Positions 19,513 through 28,224 of a stretch of 64,000 nt of DNA are shown here, one piece after another. This stretch comes from a phage, in assembly GCA_025677605.1 (NCBI GenBank), contig GCA_025677605.1_4110.1. One strand, written 5' to 3'. The notes under the pieces are model-generated. The model had not been told where the DNA came from. It was given only the letters and a program-made list of their open reading frames with translations, and did no database searches. Each line of letters starts with the position of its first letter. Position 1 is the first letter of the stretch. The translations under genes and the position numbers were made by a program.

Positions 19513-19815
19513 CTACTGTCCCGCTTTATAACAATAAAGATTCTCTAATTTGAAGTCCGCAAGGTCACATTCAGAACGTACTCGGTTCTTGTTCCAGTAC
19601 AAAATACGAATCCTTTCATAATCACGATAAACACTAATAATGCTTTTGTGCTTGGATTTATAGTATTCCTGCACAGTCACAAGATACACGGTCCTCAATA
19701 AAGACTTAATGGGATAGGGCATATTCTGTGCTGTAGTAATACTATAAATCATCTTCATTGTTTCAGCAATAAGTACTTCATTTGTTTGATTTGTCATTGA
19801 AATCCTTACATACAC
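19513..19815 (-). CDS. hypothetical protein (100 aa)
   Basis: Minus-strand ORF. Confidence 0.45.
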   Translation of the reverse strand: MYVRISMTNQTNEVLIAETMKMIYSITTAQNMPYPIKSLLRTVYLVTVQEYYKSKHKSIISVYRDYERIRILYWNKNRVRSECDLADFKLENLYCYKAGQ

Positions 19816-19960
19816 TATGTAAAGTAAATCCTAAACCTACACCGACAATTGGAAATAGTAAATTGATATACCATGTATTCATTGTTGAAAATGAATAAGC
19901 ACCTGCAACTGTCAGTACTGCAAGAGAAAAAAGACTCCAGATAAAAAATAATGTTCTCAT
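19778..19960 (-). CDS. small membrane protein (60 aa, 2 TM)
   Basis: Hydrophobic helices FFIWSLFSLAVLTVAGA and LLFPIVGVGLGFTLH. Confidence 0.45.
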   Translation of the reverse strand: MRTLFFIWSLFSLAVLTVAGAYSFSTMNTWYINLLFPIVGVGLGFTLHSVCKDFNDKSNK

Positions 19961-20247
19961 AAAAAGGTTACCTCATCGAATGAAAAGTTTAAGTACGTTG
20001 GTGAATTTTGGTCTAAACTATGAATAGTAATATGACCATTGAAATAAAAAGAAACATCCTCTGCTTGAAGTTTTGGATATTTTCTAGTACTGAAATATCT
20101 TCCTACTACTAAGTCAGAAAACATATTTCTGTATTCTTGTGATACGTTTTTGTATAGGTTATGTAGAGCACTTTCTTGTGAATCGAAAGTAATGGAATAA
20201 TCTTTCACCAATATAGCATATGTTTTCTGTATTAAAATGATATTCAT
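19957..20247 (-). CDS. hypothetical protein (96 aa)
   Basis: Minus-strand ORF, ATGA overlaps both sides. Confidence 0.5.
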   Translation of the reverse strand: MNIILIQKTYAILVKDYSITFDSQESALHNLYKNVSQEYRNMFSDLVVGRYFSTRKYPKLQAEDVSFYFNGHITIHSLDQNSPTYLNFSFDEVTFL

Positions 20248-20507
20248 AAATCACCTAATACCTCAAAAATTATTGTTATTGGGTATACTGGGTTATCAGA
20301 TGAAGTAACACATACTATTAGTACGTTTTTTCCAGGTGCTACATCCTTTACAGTGAAATTAATATTATTAAGAATCAGTGATTTACCAATATAATGTTCT
20401 TTCAAAGATTCTATAAAATAGTCCAGTACTGGATTATCTACACTATAGGATAACTCAGTACTGGCTATCATTTTATATGTATGAACTATTAGTTCAGCTT
20501 TAGTCAT
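20244..20507 (-). CDS. small-protein family member (MNYxDL / YIGK family)
   Basis: Track ORF 20244..20630 trimmed to Met (MTKAELIVHTYKM) matching family N-terminus and size; contains KEHYIGKSLIL. Confidence 0.5.
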   Translation of the reverse strand: MTKAELIVHTYKMIASTELSYSVDNPVLDYFIESLKEHYIGKSLILNNINFTVKDVAPGKNVLIVCVTSSDNPVYPITIIFEVLGDL

Positions 20508-20700
20508 GTACACGCTCACAATTAAGGCAATAAATGCACTCAATGTCTGGTCGCCATGATTTATCAAAATCTTTGTGCTGTTCTTCAGTGTATTCCGCAT
20601 CATCATTGATGGGAAAGAAATCCCCAGCACCAGTGGCCCAGTCTGAATCTAAGCGGAAACGAGCTAATTGAGTACTGTTACAGTATGGACATTTATTCAA
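20500..20700 (-). CDS. small zinc-ribbon protein (66 aa)
   Basis: CPYCNS ... CIYCLNC cysteine pairs; start codon in track is TTG, so start uncertain. Confidence 0.4.
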   Translation of the reverse strand: MNKCPYCNSTQLARFRLDSDWATGAGDFFPINDDAEYTEEQHKDFDKSWRPDIECIYCLNCERVHD

Positions 20701-20980
20701 AATTTATTCCTTCTAACTGATATACGTTTAATGAAAATGACCCACTATTATTATCGCATCTGAAACACAGTGTTAAAGAACCATTAAAACTAACGACATC
20801 AGTACAGGTACATTTTTCACCATTGGATATGATAGATTTTCCTATATATAAATCTCTTACTATAGTACGGTAATGTTGCCATAAAAAATAATACACACTT
20901 TCATAGTACTCATCTGTTACATATGACAAGTATAAGAAGCTATAAAATACTTGTATTTCCTTTAAGTTGTTTTTCATCAT
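20693..20980 (-). CDS. small-protein family member (MNYxDL / YIGK family)
   Basis: RDLYIGKSIIS motif; tandem with paralogs. Confidence 0.55.
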   Translation of the reverse strand: MMKNNLKEIQVFYSFLYLSYVTDEYYESVYYFLWQHYRTIVRDLYIGKSIISNGEKCTCTDVVSFNGSLTLCFRCDNNSGSFSLNVYQLEGINFE

Positions 20981-21240
20981 TTAAAATCCAGTAAATTTAT
21001 ACCAATGAAGTCCCCGTCTCTGCGGTAGAATTCTAAACGCAACCTACCTCTATGACTTACTACATCAGTACAACGATAGTTTTTATTATTTCTACGTATT
21101 GGAAGTCCTATAAAATGATGTTGTATCTCAGATAGATAATTTGACCATATTTTATTACGTACTTCATAGTAGAAACCTAATTCGTTATTCATATCATCAT
21201 ATAAAAGTTGATATGTGAATTGTAAATCATGATAGTTCAT
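20977..21240 (-). CDS. small-protein family member (MNYxDL / YIGK family)
   Basis: N-terminus MNYHDLQFTYQLLYDD; QHHFIGLPI motif. Confidence 0.55.
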   Translation of the reverse strand: MNYHDLQFTYQLLYDDMNNELGFYYEVRNKIWSNYLSEIQHHFIGLPIRRNNKNYRCTDVVSHRGRLRLEFYRRDGDFIGINLLDFK

Positions 21241-21509
21241 AGGTACTCCAAATCAACAAATCCGCTTTTCGACTCTTCATTGTTATAGTAAATTCCAACA
21301 AGACTTCCATTATAACTTTTAATTCTGATAATACGTACAGTCATGTCGTCAATCATATATTCTTTATCAACAAAAATCTCGTTAATCATTGCCAAATATT
21401 CACACCACAATGTAAGAAAAAAATCTCGTTCATCGTAAGTTAATATTCCTTCACCACGTTCATATTGTTCATGAAGAATTTTGTACGTGAATTGTAAATC
21501 CTTATAATT
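21237..21509 (-). CDS. small-protein family member (MNYxDL / YIGK family)
   Basis: Track ORF 21237..21584 trimmed to Met giving family N-terminus MNYKDLQFTYK. Confidence 0.5.
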   Translation of the reverse strand, partial: NYKDLQFTYKILHEQYERGEGILTYDERDFFLTLWCEYLAMINEIFVDKEYMIDDMTVRIIRIKSYNGSLVGIYYNNEESKSGFVDLEYL

Positions 21510-21768
21510 CATAGATATAAATCTCATGTAATCCATCACTAGAATCTCTACCCCTGAAGCATAGATCCCCGTTGTAACTATCAACTTGAAATATTTTTAC
21601 TGTTTTACCTTCGTATTGAATTATAGTACCTATAAAATGTTCACGTAAAGATTTTATATAATCACTCCACAAACGATGATAAAATGCATTATCCATGCAG
21701 TTGTTATCAGCGTAACGATACATATAAAATGTTAGTTTATAGGTGAAATGTAAATCCTTATAATTCAT
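21502..21768 (-). CDS. small-protein family member (MNYxDL / YIGK family)
   Basis: N-terminus MNYKDLHFTYK; REHFIGTII motif. Confidence 0.55.
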   Translation of the reverse strand: MNYKDLHFTYKLTFYMYRYADNNCMDNAFYHRLWSDYIKSLREHFIGTIIQYEGKTVKIFQVDSYNGDLCFRGRDSSDGLHEIYIYEL

Positions 21769-22040
21769 TATAATATCTCTAAATTTATAGATTGTTGTCC
21801 AATAATAGAATCAGTATAGAATAACACAATTTCACCACCTATACTATCAACGCGTGTTAGCTTACGCATTTCACCATCTATAAAGATTTCGTTAGCGTAA
21901 AAGTAATTTTGAATCATTGTAAAATATTCATTCCATATAATATAAACTGGATTTTTATAAATGATAGGATTATGTACTTTACTTTCAATATATGTTTTGT
22001 ATAAAGCTTTATATGTTCTATTCAGTACTCGATAATCCAT
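21768..22040 (-). CDS. small-protein family member (MNYxDL / YIGK family)
   Basis: N-terminus MDYRVLNRTYKALY; same size and position in array. Confidence 0.55.
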   Translation of the reverse strand: MDYRVLNRTYKALYKTYIESKVHNPIIYKNPVYIIWNEYFTMIQNYFYANEIFIDGEMRKLTRVDSIGGEIVLFYTDSIIGQQSINLEIL

Positions 22041-22048
22041 TTACTTTT

Positions 22049-22080
22049 CCTTAAAAAGATGCCCGAACTAAGTCGGGCAT
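22049..22080 (-). terminator. rho-independent terminator
   Basis: Hairpin ATGCCCGA-ACTAAG-TCGGGCAT followed on minus strand by CUUUUUA. Confidence 0.55.
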
Positions 22081-22085
22081 AATTA

Positions 22086-22742
22086 TTATTCATCGTCGTC
22101 ATCATCATCCAGTTCGATGTAGATTTCACCATCATCATCATCAAAGCTTTCAACGATAACACCTGGAATGTTTAGAGTACTGAATAATACGTCATATTTT
22201 TCATCTGAAGGAATTAAGACAAATTCTTCAATATCTTGAATATCTGGCATCTTATCTTCAGGGATACCCATCTGAAGAAGTGATTGAACCATCTTTGCTT
22301 TGAATTCTTCAAATTTCTCTTTAGATGCAAAATCCATGATAAGTTGTGCTACATATCCATCTTCATTACCAAAAGCAATTGCCATTTGTGGATCTGTACC
22401 TACTAAACACCATGTAGTTTTTGCTGTGTTAGTTTCAATAAATTTATGAATTTCTTTGATTACATCATGTCTTGAACTGTTTACGATGCAATCTAGATTC
22501 TCAATGCCGTCCATAATACCAGTACTGTCATTGGTTTCTTCAAACTCACCGAAGTCACCCAGAACATACTGTACACCATCATCATAAATGGAATATGCAT
22601 AATCTAAATCAGCAAGAGAATCACATTTACCTCGAATTGGACGAAGGGATAGCCCAAGGCGTAGATAACGAAAATAAGTATTACTGTTTGTATTTGTCAA
22701 AATAGTTCTCCTTGGTGAGATAGAATAAATGATCACTTCCAA
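22086..22742 (-). CDS. hypothetical protein with poly-Asp/Glu C-terminal tail
   Basis: C-terminus DDDDGEIYIELDDDDDDE; 5' end overlaps upstream ORF so start uncertain. Confidence 0.5.
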   Translation of the reverse strand: MEVIIYSISPRRTILTNTNSNTYFRYLRLGLSLRPIRGKCDSLADLDYAYSIYDDGVQYVLGDFGEFEETNDSTGIMDGIENLDCIVNSSRHDVIKEIHKFIETNTAKTTWCLVGTDPQMAIAFGNEDGYVAQLIMDFASKEKFEEFKAKMVQSLLQMGIPEDKMPDIQDIEEFVLIPSDEKYDVLFSTLNIPGVIVESFDDDDGEIYIELDDDDDDE

Positions 22743-22971
22743 GATAAATTATATATCCAGTATATGAAAGACTCGGTGATGACCTCACTGTACACAGTTT
22801 ACCTTCAGTACTGCACGAAGTCAAGAGTTTTTTGCATTCAGTACTGAAGCCATTGATACCACGGCATTTAATGTGCCATAGTTCTATACCGTCTAGTACT
22901 GAAAATGTTTCGTATGATCCTAAAATACACTCATCCAATATGATAGAAGTGATATCATTTATTTCAGACAT
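22681..22971 (-). CDS. hypothetical protein (96 aa)
   Basis: Minus-strand ORF. Confidence 0.45.
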   Translation of the reverse strand: MSEINDITSIILDECILGSYETFSVLDGIELWHIKCRGINGFSTECKKLLTSCSTEGKLCTVRSSPSLSYTGYIIYLGSDHLFYLTKENYFDKYKQ

Positions 22972-23257
22972 GTAAATTGTCCAGTAAGTTGATTACATCA
23001 TCGTGTGTAAGATCAGTATCAGTACAAAGGAAGTTCATAATGAACTGCATTTGTGAATAAAGATTAGCGAGAAATTCAACTTCATCCAGACGATATGAAT
23101 AACCCATTGGAACCACTTGACATGTCCATTCACCTAGGGTTTTGTTCGCAACAACCGATACAATAGTGTTACCTTTGTATTCTACTTGGATATTACGATA
23201 TCCTGAACTTTCATTTTGTTCCCATAGTACTGGGTTAGTTTTGAAGAGTACTGTCAT
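22964..23257 (-). CDS. hypothetical protein (97 aa)
   Basis: Minus-strand ORF, ATGA overlap. Confidence 0.5.
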   Translation of the reverse strand: MTVLFKTNPVLWEQNESSGYRNIQVEYKGNTIVSVVANKTLGEWTCQVVPMGYSYRLDEVEFLANLYSQMQFIMNFLCTDTDLTHDDVINLLDNLHV

Positions 23258-23793
23258 GGTTCTTTCCTCATGTATTTTATTACATCTTTAAAAAGTTTTA
23301 TTTTCAAGTCATTATCATCACCTGGTAGATAAGAACTGAAGCTTTCAAAATCATCACGCTTAGCAAAAGAACGCATTTCAGTTGAACTGTACTTGCTAAC
23401 GGTTCGGTCTATACCAGCTTGGATTGCTTTTATATTACGAAAATTATACAAGTTTCCATTGTATCTGTCAAGTACATTTTGAAAGTTTTCTATCCTGTCT
23501 GAACCACATATGAAAAGAACATCACTGTACTTACCATTCAATTCCTGCATAATATCAAAAAGATTATCTTCAGTACTGATGTTGTGTTGAATTCTTGGAT
23601 AGAAACCCTCAGTGTAATACATTTTCAATTCAGGTGGTAATGGATTCTTAATACAATCTTGTGTAGTACTAAGGTATATTTTTAAATCAGCATTGTATTG
23701 TTCTTTCATCGATACGGCTTTATCAAAAATTAACCCATGTCCCAAATGCACTGGATTTATACGTCCATACGTTACTATACAAGTGTCTTTCAT
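23254..23793 (-). CDS. cytidylyltransferase-family nucleotidyltransferase (NMNAT/PPAT-like)
   Basis: N-terminal GRINPVHLGH (HxGH) motif and C-terminal SSTEMR (ISSTxIR-like) motif. Confidence 0.65.
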   Translation of the reverse strand: MKDTCIVTYGRINPVHLGHGLIFDKAVSMKEQYNADLKIYLSTTQDCIKNPLPPELKMYYTEGFYPRIQHNISTEDNLFDIMQELNGKYSDVLFICGSDRIENFQNVLDRYNGNLYNFRNIKAIQAGIDRTVSKYSSTEMRSFAKRDDFESFSSYLPGDDNDLKIKLFKDVIKYMRKEP

Positions 23794-24311
23794 ATATTCT
23801 TCATCACCTGACCGATAGATTTAAGATGGTTGATTTTAGCTGGTGTTAAGTACTTATCCAGTACTATTAAACAGCTAGGGAATGGAGCACTATCAGTCTT
23901 TTTATCTGGTTCTTCAGGGATGCCAAATTTTAAACGTCCTTTAATAAAACAAATACAGTCACAAAGCTTAGATGCATATTCCTGAAATGCAATTGTATCA
24001 GTACGTGATGGAACAAGTATCAGTACTGTTGCACCATTATTATAAGCATCAACTGCCTTAGATAGCCAAGGTTTCAGGTCGCTGTATGGTGGGTTAAGAA
24101 AGACGATATTGTTTCCCCAATCCTGTGAAAGACTATCATCTTCCGGTGTAAAAAACTTGTCACATAATGCAGTTTCTTTAACACATGCTGCATCAAGTGT
24201 GAATCCCCAGACTTCATCCAAATCTTCAAAGAATTCCTTTGGAGTAGTCCAGTTATCTTTTCCAGTACTGAAGTGTACCGAATGTTTTTTCGAAGCATCC
24301 TTCTTCGACAT
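23790..24311 (-). CDS. DNA N6-adenine methyltransferase (phage Dam-like)
   Basis: NPPY catalytic motif (VFLNPPYSD) and N-terminal DNWTTPKEFF block typical of phage N6-adenine MTase family; GGAG RBS. Confidence 0.75.
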   Translation of the reverse strand: MSKKDASKKHSVHFSTGKDNWTTPKEFFEDLDEVWGFTLDAACVKETALCDKFFTPEDDSLSQDWGNNIVFLNPPYSDLKPWLSKAVDAYNNGATVLILVPSRTDTIAFQEYASKLCDCICFIKGRLKFGIPEEPDKKTDSAPFPSCLIVLDKYLTPAKINHLKSIGQVMKNI

Positions 24312-24327
24312 AATACTTTCTCCATTA

Positions 24328-24942
24328 TTAAATTTTACTTATTGTTTCTGTTATCAAACCATTATCTAAATCATATTGTAAAATATCTATTCTACGCTTT
24401 ATTCCATTAATAACTCTTAAATCGACAACAGAACTGTATTTTTCTATGATTTCATATAGATATTTTATTTTCTCCCTTTGCCATACTTGATGAGCTTCTT
24501 CAGGTGTGTGAAATAACCCAAAGTTTCGTATTTGTTTTCCAAATTTACATATTGCAGGTCTATATTTTTTGGAACACCTATCATCATTGAAATACGACAC
24601 ACCAATATAATTATTACCTCTATTTCCGTCAATTATACAACTGTTAATTAAACCAGGTATAAAGGCACACGTTTCAGGTGAGTAAATATCTTTATCTCCC
24701 CCAATTATATCTTTATCTAATTGATATCCCTCAATATAGTGAAGTTTAAACCATTTTTTGAAATTGGAATAATATTTCCATTCATCACAAACTGTTGTGT
24801 TTATGTATGATAAATTCTTATCAGTTCTTTTAAGACTATAGCAACGCCTAATTATTCCAGTCCATTTATCATATATATGATAATCCAAACTTGATGGTAT
24901 GGAGTCGCCAGGAATGTCATTAATACCAAAATTATATATCAC
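24328..24942 (-). CDS. hypothetical protein (204 aa)
   Basis: Minus-strand ORF. Confidence 0.5.
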   Translation of the reverse strand: MIYNFGINDIPGDSIPSSLDYHIYDKWTGIIRRCYSLKRTDKNLSYINTTVCDEWKYYSNFKKWFKLHYIEGYQLDKDIIGGDKDIYSPETCAFIPGLINSCIIDGNRGNNYIGVSYFNDDRCSKKYRPAICKFGKQIRNFGLFHTPEEAHQVWQREKIKYLYEIIEKYSSVVDLRVINGIKRRIDILQYDLDNGLITETISKI

Positions 24943-24956
24943 TGATTTTCCTTTAA

Positions 24957-25499
24957 TTATAGACAGTTCTGTAAGATATTATCGAACAGTTTACTGTCCA
25001 GGTTGTACTCATATAAAAATTTAAATCTAGAACCGTACTTCATCATTATATTGAATGCTTCATCTTCTGCTAATACATAGAAGTTGAAGTCATCTACTGT
25101 ACCATTGAACCCAATAAAATCCATAATTTCAATAGTAACATCATGTCCTTGATGGAAGTACTTCACTGACAAAGGAAGTCCAAGAACACTATATTGTCTG
25201 GATTCCCCTTCTAATTTCCCATCTACAACATGGAATTTCCTTGATACTGTATTAGAATTATATCGCTCTTCTCCGTAATGTCCATAGCGAACAGAAAAAA
25301 TTACTGGGTTTTTTGTAGGTCTACAAGTGATTTTTGCTAGTTCTACACCTCCCATGTACTCAACAATATGATTGATAGTTCCTTTTTCTTTTACTATTTT
25401 ATATCCATCAAATGAATCTCTATCAAATTCTTCTAGTACTTCAAATTCTTTTGATTTATAAATGATCTCTGTTGTTTTGTTCTTTGAAAATACAGGCAT
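24957..25499 (-). CDS. hypothetical protein (180 aa)
   Basis: Minus-strand ORF; upstream is ~690 bp ORF-free region. Confidence 0.5.
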   Translation of the reverse strand: MPVFSKNKTTEIIYKSKEFEVLEEFDRDSFDGYKIVKEKGTINHIVEYMGGVELAKITCRPTKNPVIFSVRYGHYGEERYNSNTVSRKFHVVDGKLEGESRQYSVLGLPLSVKYFHQGHDVTIEIMDFIGFNGTVDDFNFYVLAEDEAFNIMMKYGSRFKFLYEYNLDSKLFDNILQNCL

Positions 25500-26138
25500 T
25501 ATTATTCCTTTTTAGGAAACATCAAATAATGTACTCGATGTTGATTTCGTTTGCACTCAATCAACATCAGTAGAATTAATTCATCGCTACGCTCTGAATA
25601 ATTCTAATAGTACTAAATGGTTTTAATTAATATTGACGAGGTTTGGAAGAGCATATTTCATCCCCCCACTGGGGGAAAGAATTAAAATTTGACGCTGGTG
25701 GTCTTCACATATTTCATATCACGAATTCTCTTAACGAGGCGAAAGCGGGTTGCTCTGTTTCTCTCTATCGCGGTTCTTGTAGCAACGGTCGTCGGTCTTA
25801 AACATCCCGACACATAATACGAGTACCATATGAACAGTACTGGTATTTGATTTCACCAAATTTTGGACGCAACTATCTTGTACAAATAGTTGACCGCAAT
25901 TTCTAATGAAATCTCCCTTAGCAAATCTGGTAAGGTGCGATCCTTATATGTCTATCTAGGAACTCTCTGTGTGCTTATCGGAGTTCTTTATACAGCCGCA
26001 TTGCCGTGAGGGGTTCATAATATGCCCACATCTGACGGGTTTCATCTGCTGTTCGTACTGAAAGGACTACTCATCTACCCTCTACATTTTCGAGTGGATT
26101 AGGCTCTTAATCATTTCCATATGGAACCTTTCAGGATT

Positions 26139-26172
26139 AAAAAAAAAGAGTGACAAAGATATATTGCCACTC
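26139..26172 (-). terminator. rho-independent terminator
   Basis: Hairpin GAGTGGC...GTCACTC (one G-U pair on minus-strand RNA) followed by nine U. Confidence 0.6.
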
Positions 26173-26192
26173 ATCATTATATCACCAAGAAT

Positions 26193-27032
26193 TTATTTGT
26201 CCTGGGTATTTTCAGTAAATTTCTTCCACAGTAGTAATGTATTTTGACGAATTATTTCAATATGTCTTGAACTAAATTGTCTTTCATTATCGTCCCATAG
26301 TGCATCTGAATTCAAAAATGCCAGAAATACAAATGCAACATCTTCTCGTGGGACATTGAATACTGTATTGTTCGTACATACACGATCCATTGGTACAGGC
26401 ATACCACCAGTACGATCACTGTACTGTAAGTCACGTGCCACCAGATTTACATCTTTGACGAATTTATGATTGATATAAGGCTTCAGAACGTTAAGGAAGT
26501 CATTATATCCATTATTGTGGTCAATTTCAAACATTACATGTTCAGTATTGTCCGCGTCTTCACAGTCGTTATTATTGCTATTTTTGAAATCAAAAAACCT
26601 TTCACTCATTCTACTGGAGTTTGAAGATGAACAATTACGTATACCACCAGAACGGCGTTTAATATTTTCTAAATCTTCATCAGTACTGGAATAATAAGTA
26701 AGATCATATGAATCATTACCAATCATAATACGCTTAGTATAATGGTTATAAACTATAAAGTCATAATCTTTAATACCAAGTAACATGAACTGGAATACTA
26801 ATTCATCCGGTACATCAACGAGTGCATGTTCAAAGTCTTCATATCTGGAACGGAATACAACATCCTTAAATCCACGGTAGATAATAAAATTACCAAAGTC
26901 GAAATAATTTTCATGCATATGGACATTTTCATTTCTGATGTATTCAGACGAAGCTGGTGCAACACGGTCATCTTCTGATGCGTAATGATCGGTTTCTTTA
27001 ACATTAAAGTTGATAATAAAATTTAATTTCAT
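26193..27032 (-). CDS. hypothetical protein (279 aa)
   Basis: Minus-strand ORF. Confidence 0.55.
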   Translation of the reverse strand: MKLNFIINFNVKETDHYASEDDRVAPASSEYIRNENVHMHENYFDFGNFIIYRGFKDVVFRSRYEDFEHALVDVPDELVFQFMLLGIKDYDFIVYNHYTKRIMIGNDSYDLTYYSSTDEDLENIKRRSGGIRNCSSSNSSRMSERFFDFKNSNNNDCEDADNTEHVMFEIDHNNGYNDFLNVLKPYINHKFVKDVNLVARDLQYSDRTGGMPVPMDRVCTNNTVFNVPREDVAFVFLAFLNSDALWDDNERQFSSRHIEIIRQNTLLLWKKFTENTQDK

Positions 27033-27044
27033 AGTGCCTCATAG

Positions 27045-27078
27045 ACAAAAAGGCCGAGAATATTCCCGACCTTTTTTT
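27045..27078 (-). terminator. rho-independent terminator (strand-specific)
   Basis: Stem GGUCGGG/CUCGGCC pairs only on minus-strand RNA (two G-U pairs), followed by UUUUUGU. Confidence 0.5.
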
Positions 27079-27086
27079 ATTATGTA

Positions 27087-27395
27087 TTAGTTTGAGGTTC
27101 CCCAGCAGTAGACTGGTTTCAAATTCTCAAGAGGATTAACTTCAGGTTTCAGTACTGTAACGCGAACTTCATAAGTACTTCCATCTGCACGAGTCATTGT
27201 TTCATAATGAATACTTTCAATGAACGTTTCATATTCTTCTTGTGAACGAGCACGAACTGCTGAAGAGTATTTCTTCTTAGTATCCGATTTTAAGGTAACA
27301 CTTACGAGTTCTGCTTCTTCGCCATTTTCAAGCTTGTTGAAATCAAACTCTGGTACACCTTCAAACATATCAAATTTCATTCCGTTGTCTTCCAT
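27087..27395 (-). CDS. hypothetical protein (102 aa)
   Basis: Minus-strand ORF followed by terminator. Confidence 0.5.
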   Translation of the reverse strand: MEDNGMKFDMFEGVPEFDFNKLENGEEAELVSVTLKSDTKKKYSSAVRARSQEEYETFIESIHYETMTRADGSTYEVRVTVLKPEVNPLENLKPVYCWGTSN

Positions 27396-27448
27396 TTTAA
27401 ATTCCTTTTATATAATGTTTAATTAGTTTGTTTTAATAATCGGAGATA

Positions 27449-27835
27449 TTACAGTACTTCGTATTGTAGTGTTCCGTGACGGAACTTCTCTAGTTGTGAT
27501 AGTACTTCTTTACGTTCAACAATCTCTGGTACTTCTTCTTGAAGTTGATTACACACTTCAACAATGAAATCCCAATCTGAATCACAATTCTGACGAACAG
27601 CTTCAATTGTTTTCCAGTCAGTACTGATTTCACCTTCGTCATTGCGATAGTTAGGCCATGCACGACCGTAGTCACCTACTGTTTTATCATTCAAAACACG
27701 AATTGCATTGAAAATCTGACCAGTACCAAAGAATTTAGTTTGTTTCATATCTTCTAAACAACATAGTTTTGGTTCACCTTGTACCTCGATGAGAAGTACA
27801 CCACCAATTGCTTTTAGAATAGAACTTGTATTCAT
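27449..27835 (-). CDS. hypothetical protein (128 aa)
   Basis: Minus-strand ORF. Confidence 0.5.
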   Translation of the reverse strand: MNTSSILKAIGGVLLIEVQGEPKLCCLEDMKQTKFFGTGQIFNAIRVLNDKTVGDYGRAWPNYRNDEGEISTDWKTIEAVRQNCDSDWDFIVEVCNQLQEEVPEIVERKEVLSQLEKFRHGTLQYEVL

Positions 27836-27901
27836 CTTTATCTCCGTTTATCAAAAAGATGCGAACATTATATCATTGAATTGTCATATGTCCAGATGAT
27901 T

Positions 27902-28204
27902 TTAGACAATATTTTCAATCCAATTTTCAAAGTCTTGAATTGCAAGGATGAACATATTCTCGTCTTGGAAGTCGAGGATGTGCTCGCTATATAGATAACT
28001 GATGTACTTACTGTCCTCTGTCTTTGTATTGTGCTTACAGTTCATGATAAGCATTTCAACAGCACGCTCATATGAACATGGATTCAAATACAATTTAGTA
28101 CCATCAGGGTGAACAACCTCTACTGCTCCTTCAGGAATAAAACGTTTCCCAGTATTAGGAGTATATGGTTGTGTCAAGAATTTAATTTCAAATTTAGTAT
28201 CCAT
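27902..28204 (-). CDS. hypothetical protein (100 aa)
   Basis: Minus-strand ORF. Confidence 0.5.
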   Translation of the reverse strand: MDTKFEIKFLTQPYTPNTGKRFIPEGAVEVVHPDGTKLYLNPCSYERAVEMLIMNCKHNTKTEDSKYISYLYSEHILDFQDENMFILAIQDFENWIENIV

Positions 28205-28224
28205 ACTAAATCTATCTCCATGTA

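Noticed and set aside
25500-26192. tRNA genes in the ORF-free island
   Set aside because: No GTTCxAxxC T-loop with matching acceptor stem found on either strand by eye; cannot exclude without a dedicated tool.
27836-27901. Sigma70-like promoter (TGACAA ... TATAAT on minus strand)
   Set aside because: Spacing between the two hexamers is ~9 bp, not 16-18 bp; not reported as a feature.
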